Shown here piece by piece: positions 1 through 10,370 of a DNA stretch of 64,000 nt. A program made the position numbers and the translations under genes. Source of the stretch: Thermoproteota archaeon (lineage in GTDB: Archaea; Thermoproteota; Thermoprotei; Thermofilales; B9-G17); NCBI GenBank assembly GCA_029258885.1, contig JAPDJW010000002.1:544001-608000 (forward strand), written 5' to 3'. How positions within the stretch are numbered: the first letter of the stretch is position 1; every line of letters begins with the position of its first letter. The notes under the pieces were generated by a model that saw only the letters and a list, made by a program, of their open reading frames with translations, did no database searches and was not told where the DNA came from.

Positions 1-232
1 GTATCATCCTATATACGGTAGAGAGGGAGGATATTTGACGGATCTATACCTTACACATTTAACACTATATGGACACGTATATGCATATGGCAACGGAGAG
101 CGTTTTCCTAAACCGGAGAAGATAATATTAACTATAGCGATGAGATTTAAGGAGCTGAAAGCTTTAGGTAAAATATAATTTATCAGATAAAGAAATATAT
201 ATCTGATAAACGAATATAAATATGGGGGACTT

Positions 233-511
233 ATGGAGGCTGTTCGTAGGAAGCTTAAGATGTATAGGGCTCTGGATAACGAGCATAGGTTGAGAATAGT
301 GTTAACATTGGCCAGTAGGCCTGGTTTATCGTTTAACGAGTTAGCTGGAGAGCTTGGATTGGAGAGAGGTCTTCTGGCGTATCATTTAGCGGTTCTTAAG
401 AATGCGGGTTTAGTGGAGCTGAAGTATGAGAGGAGGAGTAAGAAGCTTACAAAATACTATTTGACGGAGGATGGGGTTAAAGTATTAAGGGAGCTAGGTT
501 TAATCCAGTGA
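233..511 (+). CDS. ArsR-like winged-helix transcriptional regulator
   Basis: 92 aa; RLRIVLTL, LSFNELAGEL, LLAYHLAVLKNAGLV and YYLTEDG fit an ArsR/wHTH pattern. Confidence 0.8.
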   Translation: MEAVRRKLKMYRALDNEHRLRIVLTLASRPGLSFNELAGELGLERGLLAYHLAVLKNAGLVELKYERRSKKLTKYYLTEDGVKVLRELGLIQ

Positions 512-584
512 AACATAATAGATGGAACCTGTCAGTAAAGCTAGGGGCTAATGTAGGCTATCTAAATTAAGGTTAACGGCGTTA

Positions 585-1943
585 TTACTCGGGTTTTAGT
601 AGCCACTTCTTTATGGTTCCTATCCATTCGGCCTTATAGCGTGCTATTACCTTATTATTTTTCCGATTAAAGTTTGTCTGGTTTTGACTCATACCACTAT
701 GTGCATAAAAGTTCCTTATTTCATAGCCACGAAACTCCTTTCCCGTAAGTTTAGAAGTCTGCTCTCTCACGTCTCTCTCTAAGAAATACGTTAAAATCTT
801 CTGCCCAAGCTTCTCATATAGTTCCTTAAATACCTCCTCTATGTATCCAAGCTCAGGCTCTCTCCCATCTATCTTCTCCCTCCAGAATCTCGCTATGCTT
901 TCAAGTAGTGCTGCTGAATACAGGATATTAGCAATCACCTTACTATTAAGAGGTATCCTCTCAATGAACAGCTTGTTACCCTCAATTCTAGTCTCGGTTC
1001 TCTCCAAGAGGATACGTATTAATTCCTTAGTTTTCGACAGCGTATTCATACTGGTATTCATATCCTCTTCCTCGAAATGAATCAATTTATCATGGAAGAA
1101 TGCGAGTGGTATATTGTATTTAATAGCGTTAAAGGCAGGCTTAAGCTTCCTCCACAATCTATCTACTAAATCCCTCAGCTCAACATATTGTTTTAAATCT
1201 CTAACCTCGTTCATCACCTTCTCCTTTTCCTCCTTACTCCCTGCACCAAATATCATGTCCGCCTTTACCCTACCTTTAAAGGGTAGCTCAAAGAAAGCCT
1301 TAACATCAACCTCATGAGAATAAATAGCAGCCGACTTTACACCACCAACCACAGGGCTCGAAACGTGGAAATACACCTTCTTATCGTATTCCCCATAAAC
1401 AATATTCCGCAGCTTCTCAAAGACAATTAAAGCCCTCAGCGCCTCCACCAGAGCCGACACATATATATTATGTCCAATAGAGATATCCGCGTGAACCTCA
1501 GAGTATCCTCCCCTCATCACCCTATCGGTAAGAGCAATAAACATCTCAGCAACCACATTATCATAAGACACATTAAAAACCATCCTACTACCTTCCCTCA
1601 GGCTATACTCTCCAATAGAACTTACAACCTCAGACGAATCCTTACATATCTTCTCCCAGAAAACTTTCTCCAAAAGCTTCCTCCTCAACTCCACTCTATT
1701 TCTAACCAGCTCCTCTACCTCATTAATAGAATAATTTTTCCTTAAAGCCAAGAGACTTTCAGGCATAAAAACTAAAAGATCCACCTCACAGCCTTTATCA
1801 GAAAAATAGTTATAAAGCGCTTGAAAAGGCGTATAAGACCGATAAATACTACCCCTTTCTCCTATAATTTTATAGTCAACCTCATCATAGCCTTCTAGCT
1901 TACCTAATACTCCAATTACCAGAATCCTAGACATACCTCCCAC
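585..1943 (-). CDS. csx1: CRISPR-associated CARF-HEPN ribonuclease, Csx1 family
   Basis: CARF strand and loop ADISIGHN (variant of DxTHGxN); C-terminal HEPN IRNFYAH (R-X4-H); next to CRISPR array. Confidence 0.85.
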   Translation of the reverse strand: MGGMSRILVIGVLGKLEGYDEVDYKIIGERGSIYRSYTPFQALYNYFSDKGCEVDLLVFMPESLLALRKNYSINEVEELVRNRVELRRKLLEKVFWEKICKDSSEVVSSIGEYSLREGSRMVFNVSYDNVVAEMFIALTDRVMRGGYSEVHADISIGHNIYVSALVEALRALIVFEKLRNIVYGEYDKKVYFHVSSPVVGGVKSAAIYSHEVDVKAFFELPFKGRVKADMIFGAGSKEEKEKVMNEVRDLKQYVELRDLVDRLWRKLKPAFNAIKYNIPLAFFHDKLIHFEEEDMNTSMNTLSKTKELIRILLERTETRIEGNKLFIERIPLNSKVIANILYSAALLESIARFWREKIDGREPELGYIEEVFKELYEKLGQKILTYFLERDVREQTSKLTGKEFRGYEIRNFYAHSGMSQNQTNFNRKNNKVIARYKAEWIGTIKKWLLKPE

Positions 1944-2042
1944 AACATACTTAAATTTACATAAGCCATATATAGGTTACATTACCAATACTAAACCTTA
2001 ACTACTCAATGCTGATACTACCTAATCAACTAAATTACTTTA

Positions 2043-2196
2043 ACGCTCTTGTTTTAAGGCTACATGACCTATCACTTCTATTAGCCAGTGGCATCTCTGT
2101 TACTTGCTCGTCTGTGAGGGTTAGCTTAAGCTTAACCCGATCCATACGCTATAAATGCATTACAACAATAAATCATTAACCTAAAAACAAGAGCGT
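2043..2196. mobile_element. Candidate MITE, 154 bp
   Basis: 17-bp terminal inverted repeats (ACGCTCTTGTTTTAAGG 2043-2059 and CCTAAAAACAAGAGCGT 2180-2196, 16/17 match), flanked by direct repeat ACTTTA (2037-2042, 2197-2202). Confidence 0.6.
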
Positions 2197-2268
2197 ACTT
2201 TAAAAATCAGTAAGCAAGAATTTAATCAGATCCTATATTTACAGCGTGTCTCAATTCTTTAAGGATAT

Positions 2269-2499
2269 ATCGCTAAGGTTATATCTATACACGAGAAAAC
2301 ATACCGTAAACTATCGAAGGTTAAGAGCATGTTAAAATCAAGAAACTTCAATGAAATAATAGAGAGGCTTATAGAGATATTCTACGAGGAGCGTAGACGG
2401 CGACTCCTGGAAATAATAAAGGAGACAAAACTGCCAGAAGAAGAGGTAAAGAAAGTTAAGGAGGCAGTAAGGAGGATAAGGGAGCGTGACTGGTGGTAA
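2269..2499 (+). pseudogene. VapB-like antitoxin lacking a canonical start (ATC where ATG is expected)
   Basis: Manual translation AKVISIHEKTYRKLSKVKSMLKSRNFNEIIERLIE...RERDWW; overlaps the start of a PIN-like frame. Confidence 0.6.
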
Positions 2500-2647
2500 A
2501 ATAGTTCTAGATACATTCATAATAGAATTACTGGATAGAGGACAGGTTTCTTTCTACCAAGAAACCCCTAGCAGTAAAGACAGGAAAAGCGAAACAGCTC
2601 TACAAAACACCAAACAAGCACTCCTTCTTCAAGAGCACCAGCTATAG
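2486..2647 (+). pseudogene. Truncated VapC/PIN toxin remnant
   Basis: GTG-started frame VTGGKIVLDTFIIELLDRG resembles the PIN first strand (VLDT); stops after 53 aa just before the array. Confidence 0.5.
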
Positions 2648-2693
2648 CAGAAAATGCAACATTTAAAGCAAAGATGGATCACAGGGGTATTTA

Positions 2694-5600
2694 CTCTCAA
2701 TTCTCTTTTTTGAGAGTATTTCTGTAGCGCATGGTTAGAAGGGAGGGATATAGGTATAATTCAAACTGGAGGGGTGGGCTCTCAATTCTCTTTTTTAGAG
2801 TATTTCTGTAGCTCAAAAGAGAAGTCTTAATTCAGGAGCTTAAGGAACTCTAAATCCTTCTTCTCTCAATTCTCTTTTTTGAGAGTATTTCTGTAGCCTA
2901 ACTGTGTTAAGATTTTAACGATTAGAGGCAAGGCTCTCTCCTCTCAATTCTCTTTTTTGAGAGTATTTCTGTAGCAGTTCTGGAGAAGGCGACCTGTCTA
3001 CTTTGTTTACTTGGGCTTTCTCTCAATTCTCTTTTTTGAGAGTATTTCTGTAGCAGGCTTGAGGAAAAGGGTTGGATACTACATAAGGTGATAACTCTCA
3101 ATTCTCTTTTTTGAGAGTATTTCTGTAGCTTCAAATAGAGGATTGGCTTTACGACAGAGAAATCGAGGAAATCTCTCAATTCTCTTTTTTGAGAGTATTT
3201 CTGTAGCAAAGATGTAGTCGAGAATAGATATATGAGAGAAAAATATGCGACTCTCAATTCTCTTTTTTGAGAGTATTTCTGTAGCAAGCCTGTTTTTCAC
3301 ACCGACAGCCCCGTGGCTGTAAAGAGCTCTCAATTCTCTTTTTTGAGAGTATTTCTGTAGCTGCAGTGGTGTTTGCGTATGTTATGTATCAGGCGTATAT
3401 GGCCTCTCAATTCTCTTTTTTGAGAGTATTTCTGTAGCGCTTATGATGAAATAGATAAAGACGGGCCTAAATGCATAATCTCTCAATTCTCTTTTTTGAG
3501 AGTATTTCTGTAGCAGATAAGAGAATTCTGATGCTGAGAAATGAGATTATCATCTCTCAATTCTCTTTTTTGAGAGTATTTCTGTAGCCAGCAAAATTAT
3601 TAGTTTTTCTAATTGGGGTTAAAAATGGCCTCTCAATTCTCTTTTTTGAGAGTATTTCTGTAGCAAGAAGAGAAGGAGACTGGTGGTGGCAAACCAACAG
3701 GTACACCTCTCAATTCTCTTTTTTGAGAGTATTTCTGTAGCATTTATGACAGAGACTTTAGTTACACTGTCTCCAGAACAACCTCTCAATTCTCTTTTTT
3801 GAGAGTATTTCTGTAGCGTTACAGTAATGCTTGTGTATACAGACTTCACATAATTGCCTCTCAATTCTCTTTTTTGAGAGTATTTCTGTAGCTCAGAAAA
3901 AAGGAGAAAAAAGATACATACCTTTCAAAATTGACTCTCAATTCTCTTTTTTGAGAGTATTTCTGTAGCAGTTAAGAGAAAAGTATGGAGTGGCCACATG
4001 GAAACTAATTCCTCTCAATTCTCTTTTTTGAGAGTATTTCTGTAGCTATGGAGCTGTGAACCCGTGGGATGGCGTAGGATCCGCTACCTCTCAATTCTCT
4101 TTTTTGAGAGTATTTCTGTAGCAAAAGTATATAGCATTCACTACAGAGGAATGGGAAAAGTATCTCTCAATTCTCTTTTTTGAGAGTATTTCTGTAGCAC
4201 GCCGCCATAACCAACAAGGAGTGGCGTGATGTGGTTATTGACTCTCAATTCTCTTTTTTGAGAGTATTTCTGTAGCGAGCTAAAGGAAAAGGAGTTTACA
4301 GCCTATGACGTATCAGCTCTCAATTCTCTTTTTTGAGAGTATTTCTGTAGCATAATAAATGTATCCTACAGGTATGATTCCTCCACTGACTCCTCTCAAT
4401 TCTCTTTTTTGAGAGTATTTCTGTAGCGCAAGTTACACTATGCAATTCTCCATGAGCATAAGGCTAAGACTCTCAATTCTCTTTTTTGAGAGTATTTCTG
4501 TAGCCCCTGAGTATCGGGGGCTGGAGTTAATAGGCTTCCTTACTGTTCTCTCAATTCTCTTTTTTGAGAGTATTTCTGTAGCCAAGAGGATAGTTAAAGC
4601 TGGTATCCATCCATTAGAGAAGAGCTCTCAATTCTCTTTTTTGAGAGTATTTCTGTAGCGTGTATGTATGAAGGATGTAATTGAAAGATTAAAGAAATTC
4701 TCTCAATTCTCTTTTTTGAGAGTATTTCTGTAGCCATGGAATTACGACTGTACACGTAAAGCTTTCATTGAGATACGCTCTCAATTCTCTTTTTTGAGAG
4801 TATTTCTGTAGCAATAACATATAGGAAATTTGAGGAAATTCAGAAATTACCTAACTCTCAATTCTCTTTTTTGAGAGTATTTCTGTAGCCCAGATAATGC
4901 AAAGTACTTCCTTCGAAGATATTTCACAAACCTCTCAATTCTCTTTTTTGAGAGTATTTCTGTAGCATAAAACTGAAAAGAAAATAGCCAATTACAATAA
5001 TAAGATAACTCTCAATTCTCTTTTTTGAGAGTATTTCTGTAGCCCCGTATTAAAATTGCTTGAAGAAAAATATAATTTAAGATTTCTCTCAATTCTCTTT
5101 TTTGAGAGTATTTCTGTAGCTTAAAGATGAAATTGAAGCAAGAACAAAAGCCAATCAAAAGATCTCTCAATTCTCTTTTTTGAGAGTATTTCTGTAGCGA
5201 AGCTAATATAGTCTTTATAAAGCTCCTAGGATTTCTTAGCCTCTCAATTCTCTTTTTTGAGAGTATTTCTGTAGCGAATTGAATTTGAATTTGGAATACA
5301 TAGGTTGGGTATAAACCTCTCAATTCTCTTTTTTGAGAGTATTTCTGTAGCTATCGTTCGGTTTAGAATTTGAGTTTGGCATCCACAGATTAGGAACTCT
5401 CAATTCTCTTTTTTGAGAGTATTTCTGTAGCGCGACCACTATGCTGCACTCTCAGACAGTGTACACGGCACACTGGCTCTCAATTCTCTTTTTTGAGAGT
5501 ATTTCTGTAGCAAAATTATTCATCATAAAATGCTTGAAAATATTCTTAGCGACTTACTCTCAATTCTCTTTTTTGAGAGTATTTCTGTAGCGCAGGAAGA

Positions 5601-6140
5601 GAAACGAGAAGATTGATGTTCTCCGTGAAGTATTGGACTCTCAATTCTCTTTTTTGAGAGTATTTCTGTAGCTTGGAAAGGATAGGCTCTACTAGTGTTC
5701 ATTTAGACGGTAATCTCTCAATTCTCTTTTTTGAGAGTATTTCTGTAGCACACAATATAATATGTATAGAGTGTCCAGAGAACTAGAAAGAACAATACTC
5801 TCAATTCTCTTTTTTGAGAGTATTTCTGTAGCCCAATTTTAAAGATACTTGAGGAAAAATATAATTTAAGATTTCTCTCAATTCTCTTTTTTGAGAGTAT
5901 TTCTGTAGCTAAGCAATAGATTTGTAGCGAAAATAAACCAGCTTATAATTAAATCTCTCAATTCTCTTTTTTGAGAGTATTTCTGTAGCTGGCTGTGAAC
6001 GGCAGGGTGGTTGAGCCTGAGTACTGGAACGCTCTCAATTCTCTTTTTTGAGAGTATTTCTGTAGCGTTTTTGTAGGAGTATAGGCGGTGAGGTTAAGGA
6101 GAAAGCTCTCAATTCTCTTTTTTGAGAGTATTTCTGTAGC
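2694..6140 (-). CRISPR. CRISPR array 1: 45 repeats, 44 spacers; repeat GCTACAGAAATACTCTCAAAAAAGAGAATTGAGAG
   Basis: 35-bp direct repeats counted by eye; spacers ~39-45 nt, the two trailer ones ~50 nt; repeat at 2779 lacks one G. Orientation from the ATTGAGAG 3' end and the AT-rich leader at 6141+. Confidence 0.98.
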
Positions 6141-6540
6141 TGTTTTTGTTGTGTTTATATTTTGTCTCTTTTTGTATTTATGCGTTTCGGTGTTTTAGCA
6201 AAACTGCATTCTACGTTTAGCCCTATTTAAAGGGGTATATATACAAATATTTTTCAACTATATAAAATCGATGGATAAAATATATAAGCTTGAATTTTTG
6301 GCAGCGGATCTTTTTCTCTTTTTAGAAATGATCTTATTGCTATAATTATGAAATTATTAATGTATGCTGGGGAATATGGTATATTATTTTTAATATTTTT
6401 ATCTACTTATTAAAAATTTATTTTTGAAAATATTTTTGGAATGTTTTATCATAGTGATTTTTCATGAAAAGAGAAATAAATCATATATAAAGGGGGTCAA
6501 TGATTATAAGCCGTAAAATTGCCAAATGTTCAATTTGGTT
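6141..6540 (-). promoter_or_regulatory. CRISPR leader 1 (one arm of the inverted leader duplication)
   Basis: AT-rich, abuts the first repeat, contains TATA-like TTTAAATA/TATATATA; reverse complement matches 18665-19065. Confidence 0.85.
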
Positions 6541-7620
6541 AATGTTATATTTTTGTTTGCTGTTTTATTGTTTATGGAGTTTAGGGAGCTTGTTGGTAGG
6601 TTTAGGTGGCGTAGTTTCGAGGATTATTTGGGTGAGGAGGATTCTGTTCTTGCTGAGGATGTTAGGTTTTTCCGTAGGGTTAGGGGTGAGCTTAGGCGTT
6701 TTGTTGAGGGTTTGAGGGGTTTTAGGGATAGGCTTAGGCGTATCGATCTGGGTAGGATTGATGTTTTTAGGTCTCTCCTGTATGAGGGTCGTGTCTGTGG
6801 TGTTGATGGTACTATTGCTGTCTATCCTACTCCCATAGGCGTTAAGTGTAGGATTGGTGTTATTGCTGTTAACTATGCTGGCGGTAGGCTGGAGAAGGTT
6901 GTTTATGTTAGTGATGCAAACTTGATTGATGAGGAGTTGAGGAGGGTTGATGAGCTTCTCTCCTCCCTTGAGAGAGTTGTCCGTTTCTCCAGGCTCCTCT
7001 ATAGGACTATTATGCTGTATGAGGAGAGGAGGATTGCCCTTGAGAGAGATGAGGATTGGAGGATTGTTCATGGACCATTGATTCCTCTCGAGTTTAGGCT
7101 TGGTAGGCTTGGTGTTGAGGGCGTTCTTGAAGCCTGTCTTGAGCTTGGCGCTAAGCTTATCGATGATGGCCATGTGATTGGTGTTCTTTCATCCACTAAT
7201 AGGCTTAGGATTGCGAGTTTAGGCTATATCCTTAATCCTGGTGAATACCTGTATGTGGGTGAGCTCGGCCGGATTATGGAGGCTGAGAAGAGGAGGCTTA
7301 CGGCTGAGGAGGAGTCGCTTGTGGACGACTTCATATCCAAGTATGGCTCTAAAGTAGCCTTGGGTATATATAGGGTTGGGGCTAGAAGCTTCGTTTTTGA
7401 GGCTAGGAAAGATTTCTTCGATAATGCTGCACACCTTATAATTGCCGACTCACTGAATAATAGGTTTAAGGGTTTTCCCCTGCTCCTCGACTATGCGGAT
7501 TCTATGTGTAGGACTCTGCTTAACAGCAGCGATTTTGAGAGGAAGATTGAGAACATGTATCTCATCGAGGAAGGGGAGGAAGGCCTATTATCCTTCGACG
7601 AGAGGAGGCTTAGAGGCTGA
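6526..7620 (+). CDS. nurA: NurA-family 5'-3' nuclease (true start possibly ATG at 6574)
   Basis: VCGVDGT, IVHGPL (DG-like site) and C-terminal GFPLLLDYAD motifs; herA nearby. Confidence 0.75.
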   Translation: MFNLVNVIFLFAVLLFMEFRELVGRFRWRSFEDYLGEEDSVLAEDVRFFRRVRGELRRFVEGLRGFRDRLRRIDLGRIDVFRSLLYEGRVCGVDGTIAVYPTPIGVKCRIGVIAVNYAGGRLEKVVYVSDANLIDEELRRVDELLSSLERVVRFSRLLYRTIMLYEERRIALERDEDWRIVHGPLIPLEFRLGRLGVEGVLEACLELGAKLIDDGHVIGVLSSTNRLRIASLGYILNPGEYLYVGELGRIMEAEKRRLTAEEESLVDDFISKYGSKVALGIYRVGARSFVFEARKDFFDNAAHLIIADSLNNRFKGFPLLLDYADSMCRTLLNSSDFERKIENMYLIEEGEEGLLSFDERRLRG

Positions 7621-7639
7621 ATTCATGTAGCTAAGGTCT

Positions 7640-8584
7640 CTAGGAGTTTTCAAGGGTATTCTTAGCCCTTATATTGATGGGTGCTTCTTGCTGTTTTTGA
7701 ATGATGTGTAGCACTATTGCGGATGCTAGGAATAAGATACCTATGACGCCTGCATTTAATCCCGCCATAGCGTATTCCAGTATGTGTGCATAGGATTTCT
7801 CATACCATCGGAGCTCTATGAATAGTTGAACTTTAATGTCTACGGGTTTTAGGTAGCTCCTATTCATCGATATCAATACTTTTAGCGTCGGCTCATTCAG
7901 CTCCATTTTCTCTACAACGTAGTATAGGTTTGTATTGTATTTCTCCCTCGGTACGGTGAACGTGAATATGTATAGTGATTTTCCTGTTCCATTAAAGTAT
8001 GATTTAAACGGTAAGCCTGCCCTCCATTTCTCGAAGTTTTGTTCATCTAAGATGTATAGGTTGAATTTCTGTCCGTTCATCTCCTCAGCCCTTCCCGAAA
8101 TCACTATTGAGGTTTTAGGGGGAAATGTTAGCGGCGTTTTTGAGGCGTATGCTGAATTATTGTATACTGTAAGCGTATCTGTAAGGAATTCTTCTGTAAT
8201 GTTTTCTAGAGCCATGTTTACTATCGTCATCTTCAGGCCCCTACCTAATTCGGAGTAGTTTATGGGAAAGGAGAAGATGTATCCGGAGACGTTCTCGGCC
8301 TTCACATAGGAGTCTATGTAGAGGCTGAAGGATTCCCTAACATCAGGGTATTCGTCGAGTACGCCGATGCAGCCGAATACAGTTAAATTTCTCCTATTAG
8401 CAAGGGGTAATTGTAAGGTATAGGATATGGTATCACTGTATGCCTCGTGGATAGTTATGGTGCTATCCTTTAAGATTACGGCCTTAGGGCTCCACTCCTC
8501 GTAGGTAAATGGAATTAAAGCCACTACTAAGCTTAAGAATATAAGGGTTAATCCTATTAATCCTATGAATTCGGTAAACTTCAC
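7640..8584 (-). CDS. Membrane protein with N- and C-terminal TM helices and a beta-rich extracellular region
   Basis: Hydrophobic segments at aa ~5-26 and ~270-295; FNLYILDEQNFEKW segment between them. Confidence 0.7.
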   Translation of the reverse strand: MKFTEFIGLIGLTLIFLSLVVALIPFTYEEWSPKAVILKDSTITIHEAYSDTISYTLQLPLANRRNLTVFGCIGVLDEYPDVRESFSLYIDSYVKAENVSGYIFSFPINYSELGRGLKMTIVNMALENITEEFLTDTLTVYNNSAYASKTPLTFPPKTSIVISGRAEEMNGQKFNLYILDEQNFEKWRAGLPFKSYFNGTGKSLYIFTFTVPREKYNTNLYYVVEKMELNEPTLKVLISMNRSYLKPVDIKVQLFIELRWYEKSYAHILEYAMAGLNAGVIGILFLASAIVLHIIQKQQEAPINIRAKNTLENS

Positions 8585-8771
8585 GAGTAAATATATCTGT
8601 TAATCCTTTATTAAGTTTTCAGTTTCACAGTTAAATCTATGCTTTAAGATTATGAGTGACTAGGTACAGCCTATTATCAGCAGCTTATAAGGCGTAATCC
8701 TTTAGATTTTAGCTGAAGGAATAGTTAGTTTTATTAAATCAGGGTTTTAATATTATATTCGAGGGGTTTTT

Positions 8772-10370
8772 GTGTCTAGTAGGCCGATTGGCTATGTGGC
8801 TTTCGATACTAAGGTTGATACCCAGTATTCTAGCCTCTCCGCTATAAACGTGTTTATGGATAATATTGATAAGATCCATAGGGGCAAGTATGTCCGCATA
8901 GACTCTACTGAGGGTAGGAGGTTTGTTGGGCAGGTTGTAGCTGGCCCATTCTATATGCCTGAGGGGCTTAGCCCCAGCTCTCACGTTGCTCAAGCTTTTA
9001 CGATTAGGGGTGAGAGGTTTAAGTCTCTTCCACCCTACTACGCCGTCTTCTACGTTGAGATACTTGGTGAGTGGGAGAAGGAGTTTAAGTCCACCTATAC
9101 TAAGCCTAGGCCTAAGTCCCCCGTATACGAGATGGGTGCTCTCGAGATATCGGATATCCTCGGCCTAAGCAAGGGTGACATGGTTTTAGGCCATCATATC
9201 GGGTATAAGGGCGTTAAGATTAAGCTTCCATCAAGCCACATGGACGTTTTACCTAGGAACGTCGGCATATTCGGAACCGTTGGCAGCGGGAAGACTAATA
9301 CAGCACAGGTTCTCATAGAGGAGGCCGCGAGACACAACTGGAGTGTTATAGTGATAGATATTGAGGGCGAATACACCTACATGGACTATCCGAACGACGA
9401 CCCCGAGATGTATGAAGTACTGAAGAGCATATACGGCATCGAGCCGTTTAAAATAGAGAATTTCCACGTATTCGTCCCCGTAGGTAGGGATTCTACGCGT
9501 GGAAGCGAGGCAGTTAGATTCGGTATACCGTTCTTCCAGATAAACCCGTACGTGTTGGCCGAGATTATCAGGGCTACCGAGCCACAGCAGAGGTATCTGA
9601 GCATAGCTATAGGTGAGCTTTTAAGCCTAAGGGAGGGAAGCGGAGCCGAGGAGGCTACGGAGTTCGAGGAGTTCGCCTTCGGAGGCTCCAAGGAGGTTGA
9701 GCCTATAACTCTCGAGGAGGTAATTAACCATATTGAAAGTAAGATTAGCTCTACTAGGGATAGGGGTGTCGTCTCCGCCCTAACCGCGCTATCGACGAAG
9801 CTTAGGAGGCTTGACCTTTACGGCGTTATTGATGAGGGCAAGCCTATAGACTTCAGCTCTATACTTAAGCCAGGCCACGTTTCGGTCCTAGATGTAAGCG
9901 ATGTTGAAGATAACGTTAGGAATATATGTATAGCCTGGCTCCTCGACACAGTGTTTAACCTTAAGCTTAGGGATGTCGAGAGGAAGCTGCCTAAAATCAT
10001 GATCGTAATTGAGGAGGCACACGCCTTCGTAAGTAAGGAGGTTAGGGATAAGATGGAGGCTACGATCGACCTGCTTAAGAGGATAGCTAGGAGGGGTAGG
10101 AAGAGGTGGATATCCCTCGTATTCATATCCCAGCAGCCCGGCCACCTCCCGCCGGAGATATTCGAGCTATGTAACACTAGAATTATACATCAGCTTAGAA
10201 GCGAGATGAATATTAAGGCTATTAGGGAGACCACCGGAGCATTAACGAGGGAGCTTGCCCGGAATATAGTCAACCTATCGAAGGGTGAGGCTATAGTCAC
10301 ATCCCCCGTACTAAGGTATCCAGTACTATGTAAGATAAGGCCAGCCGCTACCAAGAGGTTTAAACACTAG
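8772..10370 (+). CDS. herA: HerA/FtsK-family ATPase with N-terminal HAS barrel
   Basis: Walker A GTVGSGKT, DIEGEY, Walker B IVIEEAH, arginine finger RRGRK, SQQP. Confidence 0.9.
   Translation: MSSRPIGYVAFDTKVDTQYSSLSAINVFMDNIDKIHRGKYVRIDSTEGRRFVGQVVAGPFYMPEGLSPSSHVAQAFTIRGERFKSLPPYYAVFYVEILGEWEKEFKSTYTKPRPKSPVYEMGALEISDILGLSKGDMVLGHHIGYKGVKIKLPSSHMDVLPRNVGIFGTVGSGKTNTAQVLIEEAARHNWSVIVIDIEGEYTYMDYPNDDPEMYEVLKSIYGIEPFKIENFHVFVPVGRDSTRGSEAVRFGIPFFQINPYVLAEIIRATEPQQRYLSIAIGELLSLREGSGAEEATEFEEFAFGGSKEVEPITLEEVINHIESKISSTRDRGVVSALTALSTKLRRLDLYGVIDEGKPIDFSSILKPGHVSVLDVSDVEDNVRNICIAWLLDTVFNLKLRDVERKLPKIMIVIEEAHAFVSKEVRDKMEATIDLLKRIARRGRKRWISLVFISQQPGHLPPEIFELCNTRIIHQLRSEMNIKAIRETTGALTRELARNIVNLSKGEAIVTSPVLRYPVLCKIRPAATKRFKH

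Noticed and set aside
35-178. 47-aa TTG-started ORF at the window start
   Set aside because: Short, no motif, and may be the tail of a gene outside the window.
2615-2648. Degenerate 46th repeat ending CTATAGC
   Set aside because: Only the last few bases resemble the repeat; too weak to count.
2922-5323. Track ORFs inside array 1 (and 19292-19489 in array 2)
   Set aside because: They are translations of repeat-spacer units (LQKYSQKRELR recurs), not genes.
6565-7173. Long antisense ORFs such as 6565-7173, 10418-10870 and 42444-43001
   Set aside because: Shadow frames caused by strong codon bias of the sense genes; no motifs.
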